Below, piece after piece: positions 46,437-56,957 of a DNA stretch of 64,000 nt; the first letter of the stretch is position 1, and every line of letters begins with the position of its first letter. Origin of the DNA: an uncultured Clostridia bacterium (GTDB lineage Bacteria > Bacillota > Clostridia > TANB77 > CAG-508); the NCBI GenBank assembly GCA_934155265.1, contig CAKPGU010000007.1, positions 6,580 to 70,579 on the forward strand, in the 5' to 3' direction. A program made the translations under genes and the position numbers. The notes beneath the pieces were generated by a model. The model saw only the letters and a program-made list of their open reading frames with translations, did no database searches and was not told the origin of the DNA.

Positions 46437-47696
46437 TTATTCTGTAACTCTTTCTATTTTTGCACCTAGATTTCTGAATTTTTCTTCTATATTTTCATAT
46501 CCTCTGTCTATGTGCTCTAAATTGTATATTTCAGTTTTTCCTTCTGCTATTATTCCAGCAATGATTAAGGCTGCACCAGCACGTAAATCTGACGAATATA
46601 CAGGTGAACCATATAATTGTTCAACACCTTCAAAAAATGCTGATTTTCCTTGAGCTGTAATATTTGCACCCATCTTATTTAGTTCTTCTGTATATTGGAA
46701 TCTTGATTCCCAGATGTTTTCAATTATTCTGCTAGTACCATTTGCGATAGATAGAACTACTCCCATTTGTGGTTGTAAATCTGTTGGAAAACCAGGATAT
46801 GGCTGTGTTTTTATAATTGCTTTATTTGGTCTTTGGTCACACCAAACTCTTATTTCGTCTCCAAAGTCTTCAACATGACCACCAATTTCAAGTATTTTTG
46901 CTGTAAGTGATTCTAAGTGTTTTGTTATACAATTTTTTATTAATATATCTCCTTGAGATGCTACGGCTGCAAGCATAAATGTACCTGCTTCTATTTGATC
47001 TGGAACAATAGAATATGTACTATTTCCAGTTAACTTTTTTACACCATTAATTTTGATTACATCTGTTCCTGCACCACGAATATCTGCTCCCATTGTATTT
47101 AAGAAGTTTGCAACATCAACAATGTGTGGCTCTCTTGCAGCATTATCTATAATTGTTGTTCCTTCTGCTAAAACAGATGCTAGCATTACATTTATTGTAG
47201 CTCCAACTGAAACAACATCCATGTAGATTGATGTTCCAACTAATTTTTCTGCTGATGCTGAGATTTTTCCTTGAGCAACGTCTACTTTTGCTCCAAGGGC
47301 TTCAAATCCTTTTATATGTTGATCAATAGGTCTAGCTCCTAGTTGACATCCGCCAGGCATTCCTACAGAAATTTTTCCGGTTCTACCAAGCATGCTTCCT
47401 ATTATATAATAAGATGCTCTAAATTTGCTTGTTAATTCTTCAGATGCTTCGGTTTTTGTAATATTTCTTGTATCTATTGTTATTTCATTTTTTGTATTCC
47501 ATGTTATTTTTGCACCAAGGCCTTCTAATATTTCGCAAGATTTTTTTACATCGCTTATATTAGGTAAATTTTCTATTGTACAAATTCCATCTATTAAAAG
47601 TGTTGCAGGTAAAATTGCTACTGCAGCATTTTTTGCACCACTTATTGTTACTTCTCCTTTTAAAGGCGTTTTTCCAGTGATAACTAATTTTTCCAA
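46437..47696 (-). CDS. murA: UDP-N-acetylglucosamine 1-carboxyvinyltransferase
   Basis: 419 aa. GAKNAAVAILPATLL, active-site loop PGGCQLGARPIDQH. TTG start 7 nt after an AAGGAGGA RBS. Confidence 0.95.
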   Translation of the reverse strand: MEKLVITGKTPLKGEVTISGAKNAAVAILPATLLIDGICTIENLPNISDVKKSCEILEGLGAKITWNTKNEITIDTRNITKTEASEELTSKFRASYYIIGSMLGRTGKISVGMPGGCQLGARPIDQHIKGFEALGAKVDVAQGKISASAEKLVGTSIYMDVVSVGATINVMLASVLAEGTTIIDNAAREPHIVDVANFLNTMGADIRGAGTDVIKINGVKKLTGNSTYSIVPDQIEAGTFMLAAVASQGDILIKNCITKHLESLTAKILEIGGHVEDFGDEIRVWCDQRPNKAIIKTQPYPGFPTDLQPQMGVVLSIANGTSRIIENIWESRFQYTEELNKMGANITAQGKSAFFEGVEQLYGSPVYSSDLRAGAALIIAGIIAEGKTEIYNLEHIDRGYENIEEKFRNLGAKIERVTE

Positions 47697-47789
47697 AAGT
47701 ATTCCTCCTTAAAATTTTCTTTCGTAAGAAATATATCATAAAAACTCAAAGATTACAACAGTTTTTTGGGAGAAAGTAAAATAAAAGTA

Positions 47790-48437
47790 CTACTTATTTT
47801 TACTTATGGTAAATAAATTATTTTCTGCAAAAACTTCTATAAGCTTGAATTTTAACTTAATATCAGGTTTTTTGGAATCTGATATTATATCATAAGATTC
47901 TTTTTGAAGATTGTCTTGTAAATTTTCTTTTGCATTATCATCAACAACTCCAGAAGAAACATCAATAAAGCAAAGAGAAGGAAACATTACGCACCACCAA
48001 TTTTTTCCTTTTGCTTCTCCAATTTCTACTCTTAATGCGTCGTAATATCCGGCAGGTAAAGAAATATCACCATAATTTTTTGTTGGAAAATAAAAATTAT
48101 CAATATTTATTTTGGCAGTGTAATCATATCCATTTTCTTTAATTGTTTGTTCTGCAATTTTTTGAAAATCATCTTTGTGTTCATTAGCAATAGAAATTGC
48201 TTCTTGTTTGGTTGAACAATTTGAACATAATCCGTTCATGTAGTTCAATAATGAATCTCTAACTTTTAATTTTAAATTTTGGTCTTCATCACTATTGCTA
48301 TTTGCTAATACATGTAATCTAAATACTGCAGTAGATAAATTATTAGAAATTGCAGTTGCATAACTTTGAGCTGATAAAAATACATATGCAAATAGTAAAA
48401 AAGTTAATAATATAATTTTTTTGAATTTTGTTTTCAT
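47790..48437 (-). CDS. spoIIR: stage II sporulation protein R
   Basis: ATG 48437 after a TAGGAGGA RBS. Signal peptide, then FRLHVLANSNSDEDQNLKLKVRDSLL and WWCVMFPSLCF, as in SpoIIR. Confidence 0.85.
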   Translation of the reverse strand: MKTKFKKIILLTFLLFAYVFLSAQSYATAISNNLSTAVFRLHVLANSNSDEDQNLKLKVRDSLLNYMNGLCSNCSTKQEAISIANEHKDDFQKIAEQTIKENGYDYTAKINIDNFYFPTKNYGDISLPAGYYDALRVEIGEAKGKNWWCVMFPSLCFIDVSSGVVDDNAKENLQDNLQKESYDIISDSKKPDIKLKFKLIEVFAENNLFTISKNK

Positions 48438-48583
48438 AATTCCTCCTAAAAACATTTTTGTAAAAATATATCTTTAAAATAATTATTAGCCAAAAAAAAT
48501 AAATTATACATTTGGAGGAAAAAAACTTGACAATGAAATTTTAATATGGTAAAATTTACCAGTAAACAATTGGAGGGGAAGAT

Positions 48584-49012
48584 ATGATTGTTGAAAACAA
48601 AAGATTAGAAAAATTATGTTGTTTTTATGTAAGTGAGTTTCATCTGGAAATGATTTTATTACCATATATTAATAAATCATTAGATGAAAATAAAAAAATA
48701 TTTATAGTGTCAGAAATTAATTTAGAAAAAAGTTTAGGAATTTTAATGTCAAAAATAAATTTAAAAGAAAATCGAAAAAATGAAATATTAAATCTTAATT
48801 GGAAAAATAATAGTATTAGAAATATAGAAAATAATTCAGTAATTGTAATAGTAGGAAAAAGTAAATTTATAAAAAATATTAATGAACAATTAAAAATTGA
48901 AAATAGCGTAATTGTTGATTGTTATAATTTTGAAGAAATACAAGATAAGTCTACGGAAATATTGAAAGGATATGAGAAAAATTTAAATACTAGTGGAATA
49001 CAAGATATTTAA
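48584..49012 (+). CDS. hypothetical protein (142 aa)
   Basis: ORF track. GGAGGGGA RBS. No family recognised. Confidence 0.55.
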   Translation: MIVENKRLEKLCCFYVSEFHLEMILLPYINKSLDENKKIFIVSEINLEKSLGILMSKINLKENRKNEILNLNWKNNSIRNIENNSVIVIVGKSKFIKNINEQLKIENSVIVDCYNFEEIQDKSTEILKGYEKNLNTSGIQDI

Positions 49013-49094
49013 AAAAATTGTCAAAAAAGGTTGTAATTAGTAAAAATACATGATAGAATCGAAAAAAACATATAATAAAGAAGGAATAAGAGAT

Positions 49095-50795
49095 ATGGAG
49101 AAGAAAAAGAAAATATTAATTGTTACTGCATTTCCTACACATGGGGCAGGAAGTGGAGCATTAATTACAACACAAGCAAAATCGTATGTTGAAGAGGGTC
49201 ATCAAGTTGTTATTATTACGGGAAATAATAGAACAGACTTTGATAAGTTAGAAGGTGTTAGATACCATGTAGTTCCTTTTACTGCGGAAACAGAGAATCC
49301 AGAAAAAATAGAAAATCAATGTAAATTTAATTATTTAATGTTTACTACACATACAGAAAGCACAGCAAACTTCTGGAATGCAAGCTTAGAGCAGATAGAA
49401 GAATATATGCAAGCTTTTGAAAAGGCTATAAGAGAAGAAATAAATCAATTTAATCCTGATATAGTTCATACACAACATAATTGGATTACAAGTAGTATAT
49501 TATCTAAATTTGATAAACCAGTTGCGCTTACTATTCATGGAACTGATTTGATGGGATATCAAAGAGCAAACGAAGAACTAAAAAAGGTAAATGCTCAAAT
49601 TGATAAATTAAAAAATGATGCTCAAACAAATGATAATACACAATTAATTAATAATATAAAAAAATTAGAAGAAATTTATTTACAATATAAAAATAAAAAA
49701 CAAATTTTAGCAGATATAAAAAAAGCAATGGATAATAATGAAATTCGAACTAATAAAGAAGATTTAGAACAATTAGTGGGATTATATGATGATAAAACAA
49801 AGTATCAATTATATATGAGATATGCAGAAAAATCAGCACAAATATCTAATAGAATAATTGTTATTTCAGAAGACCAGAAAAAGGAATTTTCTAGATTATT
49901 CCCACAAGATAAAGATAGAGTTGTTTTATTAGAGAATGGATATGATCCAAAAACATTTTATATGGATAGAAATGTAGATAGAGATGAAGTATTACCAGCA
50001 GAACAAGCAGATTATGATAATATGGTATTATTTGTTGGTAAATTTGCAGATTTTAAAGGTATTGATGCTTTATTAAATGCAACTAAGATTTATGAAGAAG
50101 AAATGAGTTCTAAAAATAAGAAGATAGAAACTTTAATTGTTGGCTCAGGTGTATTAGACGAAAAACTAAGAAAACAAGCTGATGAATTAGGATTAAAAAA
50201 TACACACTTCTTGGGCAGAAAAAATCATACGGAAATACGCCAATTACAGAATTTGGCAACAGTTTCATTAATCCCTTCAAGAAATGAACCGTTTGGGCTA
50301 GTAGTAATAGAAGGAACAGCATGTGGACATCCTGTTATAGCAACTAATGCTGGTGGAATTCCTGGGATATTGAACAGAGAAAATGCAGATATATCTGATA
50401 AAACAAAATCATATGTAACACCACTTGGAATTTTAGTACCACCACTACCAGATAGACCAGTTTTATTAGATGAAGCACAAAAAGATCAATTAGATGAATA
50501 TATGGTTAAATATATGAATGCAAGTAAAGAGGAAAAAGTAAAAGTTTCTAATGAAATAGCAAATAATTTAGGATTAGAAATAGAAGATGTAAATAATTAT
50601 ATTGAATCTTATATGAGAACTATATATGGAATAAGTGATGGAATAAAATCAATAGTATTAGAAAAAACTAAGTTTGATAATCAAAAAATTGCAGAAGATA
50701 CAGAAACTAACTATTCACAAGACGTTATAAGAGATAAAATATTAGGAATATTTGATGATGCAATAAATGATAAAAAAAAAATAAATGAAAGATAA
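49095..50795 (+). CDS. GT4-family (GT-B) glycosyltransferase with a K/N/E-rich coiled-coil insert
   Basis: ATG 49095 (MEKKKKILIVTAFPTHGAGSG). C-terminal SRNEPFGLVVIEGTACGHPVIATNAGGIP. Roughly 100-aa low-complexity insert around residues 165-260. Confidence 0.8.
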   Translation: MEKKKKILIVTAFPTHGAGSGALITTQAKSYVEEGHQVVIITGNNRTDFDKLEGVRYHVVPFTAETENPEKIENQCKFNYLMFTTHTESTANFWNASLEQIEEYMQAFEKAIREEINQFNPDIVHTQHNWITSSILSKFDKPVALTIHGTDLMGYQRANEELKKVNAQIDKLKNDAQTNDNTQLINNIKKLEEIYLQYKNKKQILADIKKAMDNNEIRTNKEDLEQLVGLYDDKTKYQLYMRYAEKSAQISNRIIVISEDQKKEFSRLFPQDKDRVVLLENGYDPKTFYMDRNVDRDEVLPAEQADYDNMVLFVGKFADFKGIDALLNATKIYEEEMSSKNKKIETLIVGSGVLDEKLRKQADELGLKNTHFLGRKNHTEIRQLQNLATVSLIPSRNEPFGLVVIEGTACGHPVIATNAGGIPGILNRENADISDKTKSYVTPLGILVPPLPDRPVLLDEAQKDQLDEYMVKYMNASKEEKVKVSNEIANNLGLEIEDVNNYIESYMRTIYGISDGIKSIVLEKTKFDNQKIAEDTETNYSQDVIRDKILGIFDDAINDKKKINER

Positions 50796-50868
50796 TTTTG
50801 AATAAAGTACAAAAAATATATCAAAATAATATATATAATTTATTGTAGCAAGTAAAGGAGAAAAACAT

Positions 50869-52110
50869 ATGGACGAAAATTTAGACACAATTCGAAGAGA
50901 ACTAAAAAAATACTCTCAAGAGCATTTATTAAATGAATACGAAAGACTAGATGGTGTAAAACAAAAACAACTATTAAATCAAATTGAAAATATTGATTTT
51001 GAAATGATAAATAGTTTATATAGAAATACTAAAAATGGGTTTGATACTAAAGATTCTCAGATAACACCAATAGAATATTTTGATAAAGGAAATTTAAACG
51101 GATATTATAAAAGTTTTCAAGAAACAGGTGAGCAAGCTATTAGAGCTGGAAAACTTGCTGCTGTAACAATGGCTGGAGGACAAGGTACAAGACTTGGACA
51201 TAGTGGTCCAAAAGGAACTTTTGATATTGGTCTAGAATCACATAAATCATTATTTGAATTATTAAGTGATTCATTAAAAGAACAAGGAAAGAAATATGAT
51301 GTTACAATTCCTTGGTTTATAATGACAAGTGAAGAAAATAATGATGATACTATAAACTTCTTTGCAAAAAATAGATATTTTGGATATCAAAAAGATAAAA
51401 ATATATTTTTCTTTAAACAAGGTGAATTACCAATGGTTGATACAGAAGGAAAAATATTAATTGGTGAAAATGGCTTGATAAAAGAAGCTGCAGATGGACA
51501 TGGTGGAATATATGAAGCTCTTGTAAAAAACGGAATGACAAAAAAGATGAGAGAATTAGGAGTTGAATGGATATTTATAGGAGGAGTTGATAACTGTTTA
51601 GTAAAAATGGTTGATCCTATATTAATGGGACTTGCAATTCAAAAGCATGTAACAGCTGCTGGAAAATCAGTAGTAAAAGCTAATCCTCAAGAAAAAGTAG
51701 GAGTATTCTGCAAAAAGAATGGAAGACCTTCTGTTGTAGAATATACAGAAATTCCAAAAGAGATGGCAGAAGCTAAAAATGAAAATGGTGAATTAGTATA
51801 TGGTGAATCACATATTCTATGCAATTTATTTAATATAGATGCAGTAGAAAGAATGGGAAATAAACCATTACCTTATCATTCAGCTTTCAAAAAAGCAACT
51901 TATATAGATAAAGATGGAAATAAAGTAGTACCAGATGGACCAAATGCATATAAATTTGAAGCATTCTTATTTGATGCTTTTGGAGAATTAGATGATATGG
52001 CTATTTTAAGAGTAAATAGAGAAGAGGAATTTGCTCCTGTTAAAAATGCAGCTGGAGTAGATAGTCCAGAAACCGCAAGAGAGCTATATAGAAAATTCTA
52101 TAAATTATAA
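50869..52110 (+). CDS. UDPGP-family UDP-sugar pyrophosphorylase (UAP1/USP-like uridylyltransferase)
   Basis: 413 aa. AVTMAGGQGTRLGHSGPKGTF and GGVDNCLVK, typical of the UDPGP family. Confidence 0.8.
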   Translation: MDENLDTIRRELKKYSQEHLLNEYERLDGVKQKQLLNQIENIDFEMINSLYRNTKNGFDTKDSQITPIEYFDKGNLNGYYKSFQETGEQAIRAGKLAAVTMAGGQGTRLGHSGPKGTFDIGLESHKSLFELLSDSLKEQGKKYDVTIPWFIMTSEENNDDTINFFAKNRYFGYQKDKNIFFFKQGELPMVDTEGKILIGENGLIKEAADGHGGIYEALVKNGMTKKMRELGVEWIFIGGVDNCLVKMVDPILMGLAIQKHVTAAGKSVVKANPQEKVGVFCKKNGRPSVVEYTEIPKEMAEAKNENGELVYGESHILCNLFNIDAVERMGNKPLPYHSAFKKATYIDKDGNKVVPDGPNAYKFEAFLFDAFGELDDMAILRVNREEEFAPVKNAAGVDSPETARELYRKFYKL

Positions 52111-52186
52111 AGTTTAATAAATAACTGCTGGTAGATATATCAGTGGTTATTTTTATATAATATACAAAAAGAAAGGAAGAAAAAAT

Positions 52187-53917
52187 ATGGATTACAAAGA
52201 AGAATATAAAAAATGGTGTGAAGATCCAAGTTTTGATGAAGAAACAAGAAAAGAGTTATTAGCAATTAAAGATGATGAGGAAGAGATAAAAGATAGATTT
52301 TATAAAGAATTAGAGTTCGGAACAGCTGGATTACGTGGTGTAATTGGTATGGGAACAAATAGAATGAATAAATATACAGTAGGAAAAGCTACACAAGGGC
52401 TAGCAAATTATATATTAGAACAAGGAACACAAGATAAAGGTGTTGCAATTAGCTATGATTCTAGAAGAATGTCAGATGAATTTAGCCTTCAAACAGCGTT
52501 AATATTAAATGCAAATGGAATAAAAACATATTTGTTTGAAAGTTTAAGACCAGTTCCAGAGTTATCATTTGCTGTTAGACAATTAGGATGTACTGCAGGA
52601 ATTATGATTACAGCTAGTCACAATCCTCCAAAATACAACGGATATAAGGTTTATTGGGACGATGGTTCACAAATTGTTGCTCCAAGAGATAAAGATATTA
52701 TAAATAAAGTTAGAGCAATTTCTGATTTTAAAGAAATAAAAACAATGAATAAAGAAGATGCTATAAAAGCTGGATTATTTAATATTGTTGGAAAAGAAAT
52801 GGATGATAAATATATAGAAACATTAAAAAGTAAGATATTAAATCCAGAAATTGTTAGGGAACAAGGAAAAGATTTAAAAATAGTATATACACCATTACAT
52901 GGTACTGGAAATATGGTTGCAGAAAGATTATTAAATGAATTAGGATTTAAAAATGTTTATGTAGTTCCAGAACAAGCTAAACCAGATGGAAATTTCCCAA
53001 CTGTAGATTATCCAAATCCAGAGGATAAAAAGGCATTTGAATTAGCATTAGAGTTAGCTAAAAAAGTAGATGCAGATGTTGTTTTAGCAACAGATCCTGA
53101 TGCAGATAGATTAGGAATTTATGCTAAAGATACAAAAACAGGAGAATACATGCCATATACAGGAAATATGTCTGCATTATTAATTGCAGAATATAGAATT
53201 TCTCAAATGCAAGAAAAAGGAATTTTGCCTAAAGATGGTATGTTTATAACAACAATTGTTTCATCAGATTTAGCAAAGGCAATTGCTGCAAACTATGGAT
53301 TAGAGTGTATTGAAGTTTTAACTGGATTCAAAAATATTGGAGCAGTTATGAAAAAAGCTGAAGAAAATCATGATAAAACTTATGTATTTGGATTTGAAGA
53401 GAGTTATGGATGTTTAATTGGTGATTATGCAAGAGACAAAGATGGAATTGCAGCAGTTATGTCTTTGTGCGAAGCAGCTGCATATTATAGAGCTCAAGGA
53501 ATAACATTATGGGATCAAATGAATAATATTTACAAAAAATATGGATATTATAAAGAAGATCAAGTTTCAATTGTAATGGAAGGTGCCGAAGGTGCTGAAA
53601 AAATCAAAGAAATGATGACTACAATGAGAAATAAAGATGTTGAAAAAATTGGAAAATATAAAGTTCTAACATTTAAAGATGTTGAGAGAGATTATGTTAA
53701 AGATATGGTTACTGGAAAAGAAGGAAAGACAGGATTGCCAAAATCAAATGTATTGTATTATGCATTAGAAGATAATTGTTGGTGTTGTGTTCGTCCATCT
53801 GGAACAGAGCCAAAAATAAAACTTTATTTTGGAGTTAAAGGTTCATCTGCTGAAAATGCAACAGAAGAGTTAGAAAAATTAAAAGATGATATGGTAAAAT
53901 TAGTTAAAGGTGAATAA
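52187..53917 (+). CDS. pgcA: phosphoglucomutase / phosphomannomutase (PgcA-like)
   Basis: 576 aa. active-site TASHNPPKYNGYK, DPDADRLG, GFEESYG. Confidence 0.92.
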   Translation: MDYKEEYKKWCEDPSFDEETRKELLAIKDDEEEIKDRFYKELEFGTAGLRGVIGMGTNRMNKYTVGKATQGLANYILEQGTQDKGVAISYDSRRMSDEFSLQTALILNANGIKTYLFESLRPVPELSFAVRQLGCTAGIMITASHNPPKYNGYKVYWDDGSQIVAPRDKDIINKVRAISDFKEIKTMNKEDAIKAGLFNIVGKEMDDKYIETLKSKILNPEIVREQGKDLKIVYTPLHGTGNMVAERLLNELGFKNVYVVPEQAKPDGNFPTVDYPNPEDKKAFELALELAKKVDADVVLATDPDADRLGIYAKDTKTGEYMPYTGNMSALLIAEYRISQMQEKGILPKDGMFITTIVSSDLAKAIAANYGLECIEVLTGFKNIGAVMKKAEENHDKTYVFGFEESYGCLIGDYARDKDGIAAVMSLCEAAAYYRAQGITLWDQMNNIYKKYGYYKEDQVSIVMEGAEGAEKIKEMMTTMRNKDVEKIGKYKVLTFKDVERDYVKDMVTGKEGKTGLPKSNVLYYALEDNCWCCVRPSGTEPKIKLYFGVKGSSAENATEELEKLKDDMVKLVKGE

Positions 53918-53923
53918 AAAATA

Positions 53924-53965
53924 GGTTCGGTCCTTTTCTTCGCATGCGAAAAAAAGGACCGAACC
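53924..53965. terminator. bidirectional terminator between pgcA and the ttcA-like gene
   Basis: GGTTCGGTCCTTTT ... AAAAAGGACCGAACC long G/C-containing stem. Confidence 0.7.
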
Positions 53966-53969
53966 CATT

Positions 53970-54665
53970 TTACCATAGATTTCTAGATATTGCTCCAAAT
54001 AAATTAGCTTTTATTGTTGGAATTTCTTTTTGCCAAGCAAATATTTCTGCTTTTATATCTTCTCTTTTAGTATGTTCATCCATAGCACAAACTTTAGGCA
54101 TAATAGATTTATTATATTTTTTTACAAAATGGTTTGTATCTTTTTCTGTTAATAATATTAATGGTCGAATCATAGTGATACCACTTCTATCCATATAGCT
54201 TTTGGGAGCAAAAGTTGAAATATTTCCAGCATATTTTAAATTCATTATAAATGTTTCAATTACATCATCTAAATTATGACCTAATGCTATTTTATTACAA
54301 CCTTCTCTTTGAGCGACAGAATTTATTATTCCTCTACGCAAATTAGCGCACAAAGAACATGGATTTTTTTCTTTTCTGATATCAAATACTATTTCTTTTA
54401 TATCACTTTTTTCTATAAATAATGGAACTCCAATTTCATCACAATTTTTTTGCAATAATTCAGTATCAAAAGATTCAAATCCAGGATTTATGGATATTGC
54501 TATTAAATCAAAATGCTTTGGATAAAATCTTTGTAAAGCTTTTAATCCATTTAATAATGTTATTGAATCTTTTCCTCCTGATAAACAAACTGCTATTTTG
54601 TCTCCTTCATCTATCATTTGATATTCTTCTATTGCTTTTCTCATTTTACTTAATATATGTTGCAT
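53970..54665 (-). CDS. PP-loop ATPase, tRNA 2-thiocytidine synthetase TtcA-like
   Basis: ATG 54665. VCLSGGKDS PP-loop, CSLCANLRRG, ALGHNLDD. Confidence 0.85.
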   Translation of the reverse strand: MQHILSKMRKAIEEYQMIDEGDKIAVCLSGGKDSITLLNGLKALQRFYPKHFDLIAISINPGFESFDTELLQKNCDEIGVPLFIEKSDIKEIVFDIRKEKNPCSLCANLRRGIINSVAQREGCNKIALGHNLDDVIETFIMNLKYAGNISTFAPKSYMDRSGITMIRPLILLTEKDTNHFVKKYNKSIMPKVCAMDEHTKREDIKAEIFAWQKEIPTIKANLFGAISRNLW

Positions 54666-54729
54666 TTTAAATTCCTTTCTCATTAATATAAAATTATTAT
54701 AACATGAGTGTCAAGTCTTGAAAAAATTA

Positions 54730-54758
54730 TTGATTTTTGGATTAATGTGTATTATAAT
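54730..54758 (+). promoter_or_regulatory. sigmaA-type promoter of tRNA-Arg
   Basis: TTGATT (54730-54735), 17 nt, TATAAT (54753-54758). Confidence 0.5.
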
Positions 54759-54773
54759 ACTTATGTGTTTTAT

Positions 54774-54849
<76 letters not shown>

Positions 54850-54911
54850 GTTTTACAAGAGAGTACAAGAGGCAAAAAGATGAAAGCAAGAAAAAATTGA
54901 AATAAGTAGAT

Positions 54912-54949
54912 AAAAAATAAAGCCCCCTTTATGAAGTTTCATAAGGGGG
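54912..54949 (-). terminator. rho-independent terminator of maf
   Basis: CCCCCTTATGAAACTTCATAAAGGGGG on the minus strand, followed by CTTTATTTTTT. Confidence 0.65.
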
Positions 54950-54956
54950 TGTAATA

Positions 54957-55535
54957 TTAATAAATAGTGGTTAACATTTCTTTAACATATTCGATTGTTA
55001 GTCCAATAGCTGTAGAGATATTTCCTTCTGTTAACTCAAGAGTAGGAGTGTCAAGTATGCTAATTCCTCCACACTTAGTTAAAGGAGAGTTTTTGGAAAG
55101 ATAATCTGATAAAATTTCATCAGGAAAATGAGCTAATCTCATTTTTGCAATATCACATTCATTAATGCAATTGATGATCTTATTGTCTTTTACATGTAGA
55201 ATAGCGTTTCCTGTACATGCGTATATTTTATCGCTACCTTCCATGTCTTTAATATTTTCTCGTGCTTCTTCAATCGATTGTGGTTTTCCAAGCATTACGC
55301 CATGAAATACAATATTTTGTTCAGCTGCAATAATAATACGGTTTCCAGCTGGTTTTGTCATTTCAAAAACTGTAAGAGCTTTTCTCATAGAAATTTCTTT
55401 AAGTTGTTCTCTAAAGGAAAATGATTCAATAGGAGTTTCATCAGCATTACCTACGACAATATCATAAGGAAGGCCAATGTCGTCCATTAATTTTTTCCGA
55501 TAAGGTGATTTTGATGCAAGAATAATTTTTTCCAT
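54957..55535 (-). CDS. maf: Maf-like nucleoside triphosphate pyrophosphatase
   Basis: 192 aa. MEKIILASKSPYRKKLM N-terminus typical of Maf. GGAGG RBS. Confidence 0.88.
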   Translation of the reverse strand: MEKIILASKSPYRKKLMDDIGLPYDIVVGNADETPIESFSFREQLKEISMRKALTVFEMTKPAGNRIIIAAEQNIVFHGVMLGKPQSIEEARENIKDMEGSDKIYACTGNAILHVKDNKIINCINECDIAKMRLAHFPDEILSDYLSKNSPLTKCGGISILDTPTLELTEGNISTAIGLTIEYVKEMLTTIY

Positions 55536-55683
55536 GTTGTTACCTCCGTAAAGTCTATAATATTACTATAAAAATCTTACTGTATAATTATAACAGAAAA
55601 ATGCAAAAAATCAAGTAAATATAAAAAACACTTGATAAAAAATACAAAAAAACATATAATATACAGGAAAAGAGAGTGATTAA

Positions 55684-56169
55684 ATGGAAGAACAAGAAGA
55701 ATACTTTATGAATCAAGCATTAAAGGAAGCTGAAAAAGCATACAGTAAGTTAGAAATTCCTGTGGGAGCTATAATTGTAAAAGATGGAAAAATAATAGCG
55801 AGGGCGCATAATCAAAAAGAAATAAAAACAGATACAACAAAACATGCTGAAATTACAGCTATACAAAAAGCTAGTAAAAAATTAAAATCTTGGAGATTGA
55901 TTGATTGTGAAATGTATGTAACATTAGAGCCATGTACAATGTGTGCTGGAGCGATAATTAATTCTAGAATAAAAAAAGTATATATAGGGGCAATGGATGA
56001 AAAAACAGGAGCTGTTGGTTCAGTATTAAATTTATTTGAGGATTATAAATTTAATCATAAGCCTGAAAGTGAAACTGGAATTTTGAAGGAAGATTGTGAA
56101 GATATATTAAAAAGATTTTTCAAAGAATTGAGAAAATCTAAAAAAATTAACGGAGGAAAAAATGTATAG
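55684..56169 (+). CDS. tadA: tRNA adenosine(34) deaminase
   Basis: HAEITAI and PCTMCAGA zinc-binding motifs. 161 aa. Confidence 0.93.
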   Translation: MEEQEEYFMNQALKEAEKAYSKLEIPVGAIIVKDGKIIARAHNQKEIKTDTTKHAEITAIQKASKKLKSWRLIDCEMYVTLEPCTMCAGAIINSRIKKVYIGAMDEKTGAVGSVLNLFEDYKFNHKPESETGILKEDCEDILKRFFKELRKSKKINGGKNV

Positions 56170-56905
56170 AAATATAAATAAAAAAATTTTTCATGTTGTG
56201 ATGATTGTTGTTATTATTTGTGTGATATTATTTGTTAGCGGAATATTTATTTTAAAATATCAAGTTGAAGGCGAATCTAATATGCCATTTAAAATAACAA
56301 AAATTTCTTTAATAGAAAGTGTAGAAGGAATAGAAAAAGAAGGAGCAAATGAAAAATGGAATTTTAATGTTAACCAAAATAATGATATATATATTTATAT
56401 AGAAAAAAATTCTGGATATGGAAAAACAGAAATAATTGATAGTGTTGAAATAAAAAATATAAATATAAATAAAGAAAAAACATTAGGAGAATTGAAACTA
56501 TACAAACCTGTAATAGATGAAAAAAGAATGTTTATAAATTCACAAGAAAATGAAATTAATGAAATTACATATACAGGAGAATTAGAATCAAATATAAAAG
56601 AGGAAAAAATTTCAAATCAGGGAGGAATTGTTGCATTTAGATATGCAATCAATAATTTATCAACATATGTGTCAGAAAATGATGAACAAATTGATCATAG
56701 CCAACTTTTAAAATTAACGAATATATCTTTAGAAGACTTAAAAACAAAGTTAACATTTGATATTTTCATCAATTTAAAAGGTGGAAGAAAATATCAAGCA
56801 CCTATTAGTATAGATGTTCCTCAAGGTGATATTGTAGAGAAAGGAACAATTGGAGAAGATATAACAGATTTAAAAGGAATAATTTTCAAGAGAATTGAAA
56901 ATTAA
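56162..56905 (+). CDS. hypothetical N-terminally anchored protein (247 aa)
   Basis: ORF track. GGAGG RBS, one TM (IFHVVMIVVIICVILFVSGIFIL). No family recognised. Confidence 0.6.
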   Translation: MYRNINKKIFHVVMIVVIICVILFVSGIFILKYQVEGESNMPFKITKISLIESVEGIEKEGANEKWNFNVNQNNDIYIYIEKNSGYGKTEIIDSVEIKNININKEKTLGELKLYKPVIDEKRMFINSQENEINEITYTGELESNIKEEKISNQGGIVAFRYAINNLSTYVSENDEQIDHSQLLKLTNISLEDLKTKLTFDIFINLKGGRKYQAPISIDVPQGDIVEKGTIGEDITDLKGIIFKRIEN

Positions 56906-56924
56906 TACAATTAATAAAAAATAC

Positions 56925-56953
56925 TTGCAAATTTAATAATTACAGTATATAAT
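56925..56953 (+). promoter_or_regulatory. sigmaA-type promoter of the SRP RNA
   Basis: TTGCAA (56925-56930), 17 nt, TATAAT (56948-56953). Confidence 0.55.
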
Positions 56954-56957
56954 AATG

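Noticed and set aside
53944-54198. 84-aa plus-strand ORF after pgcA
   Set aside because: It starts inside the bidirectional terminator hairpin and runs antisense to the well-supported ttcA-like gene.
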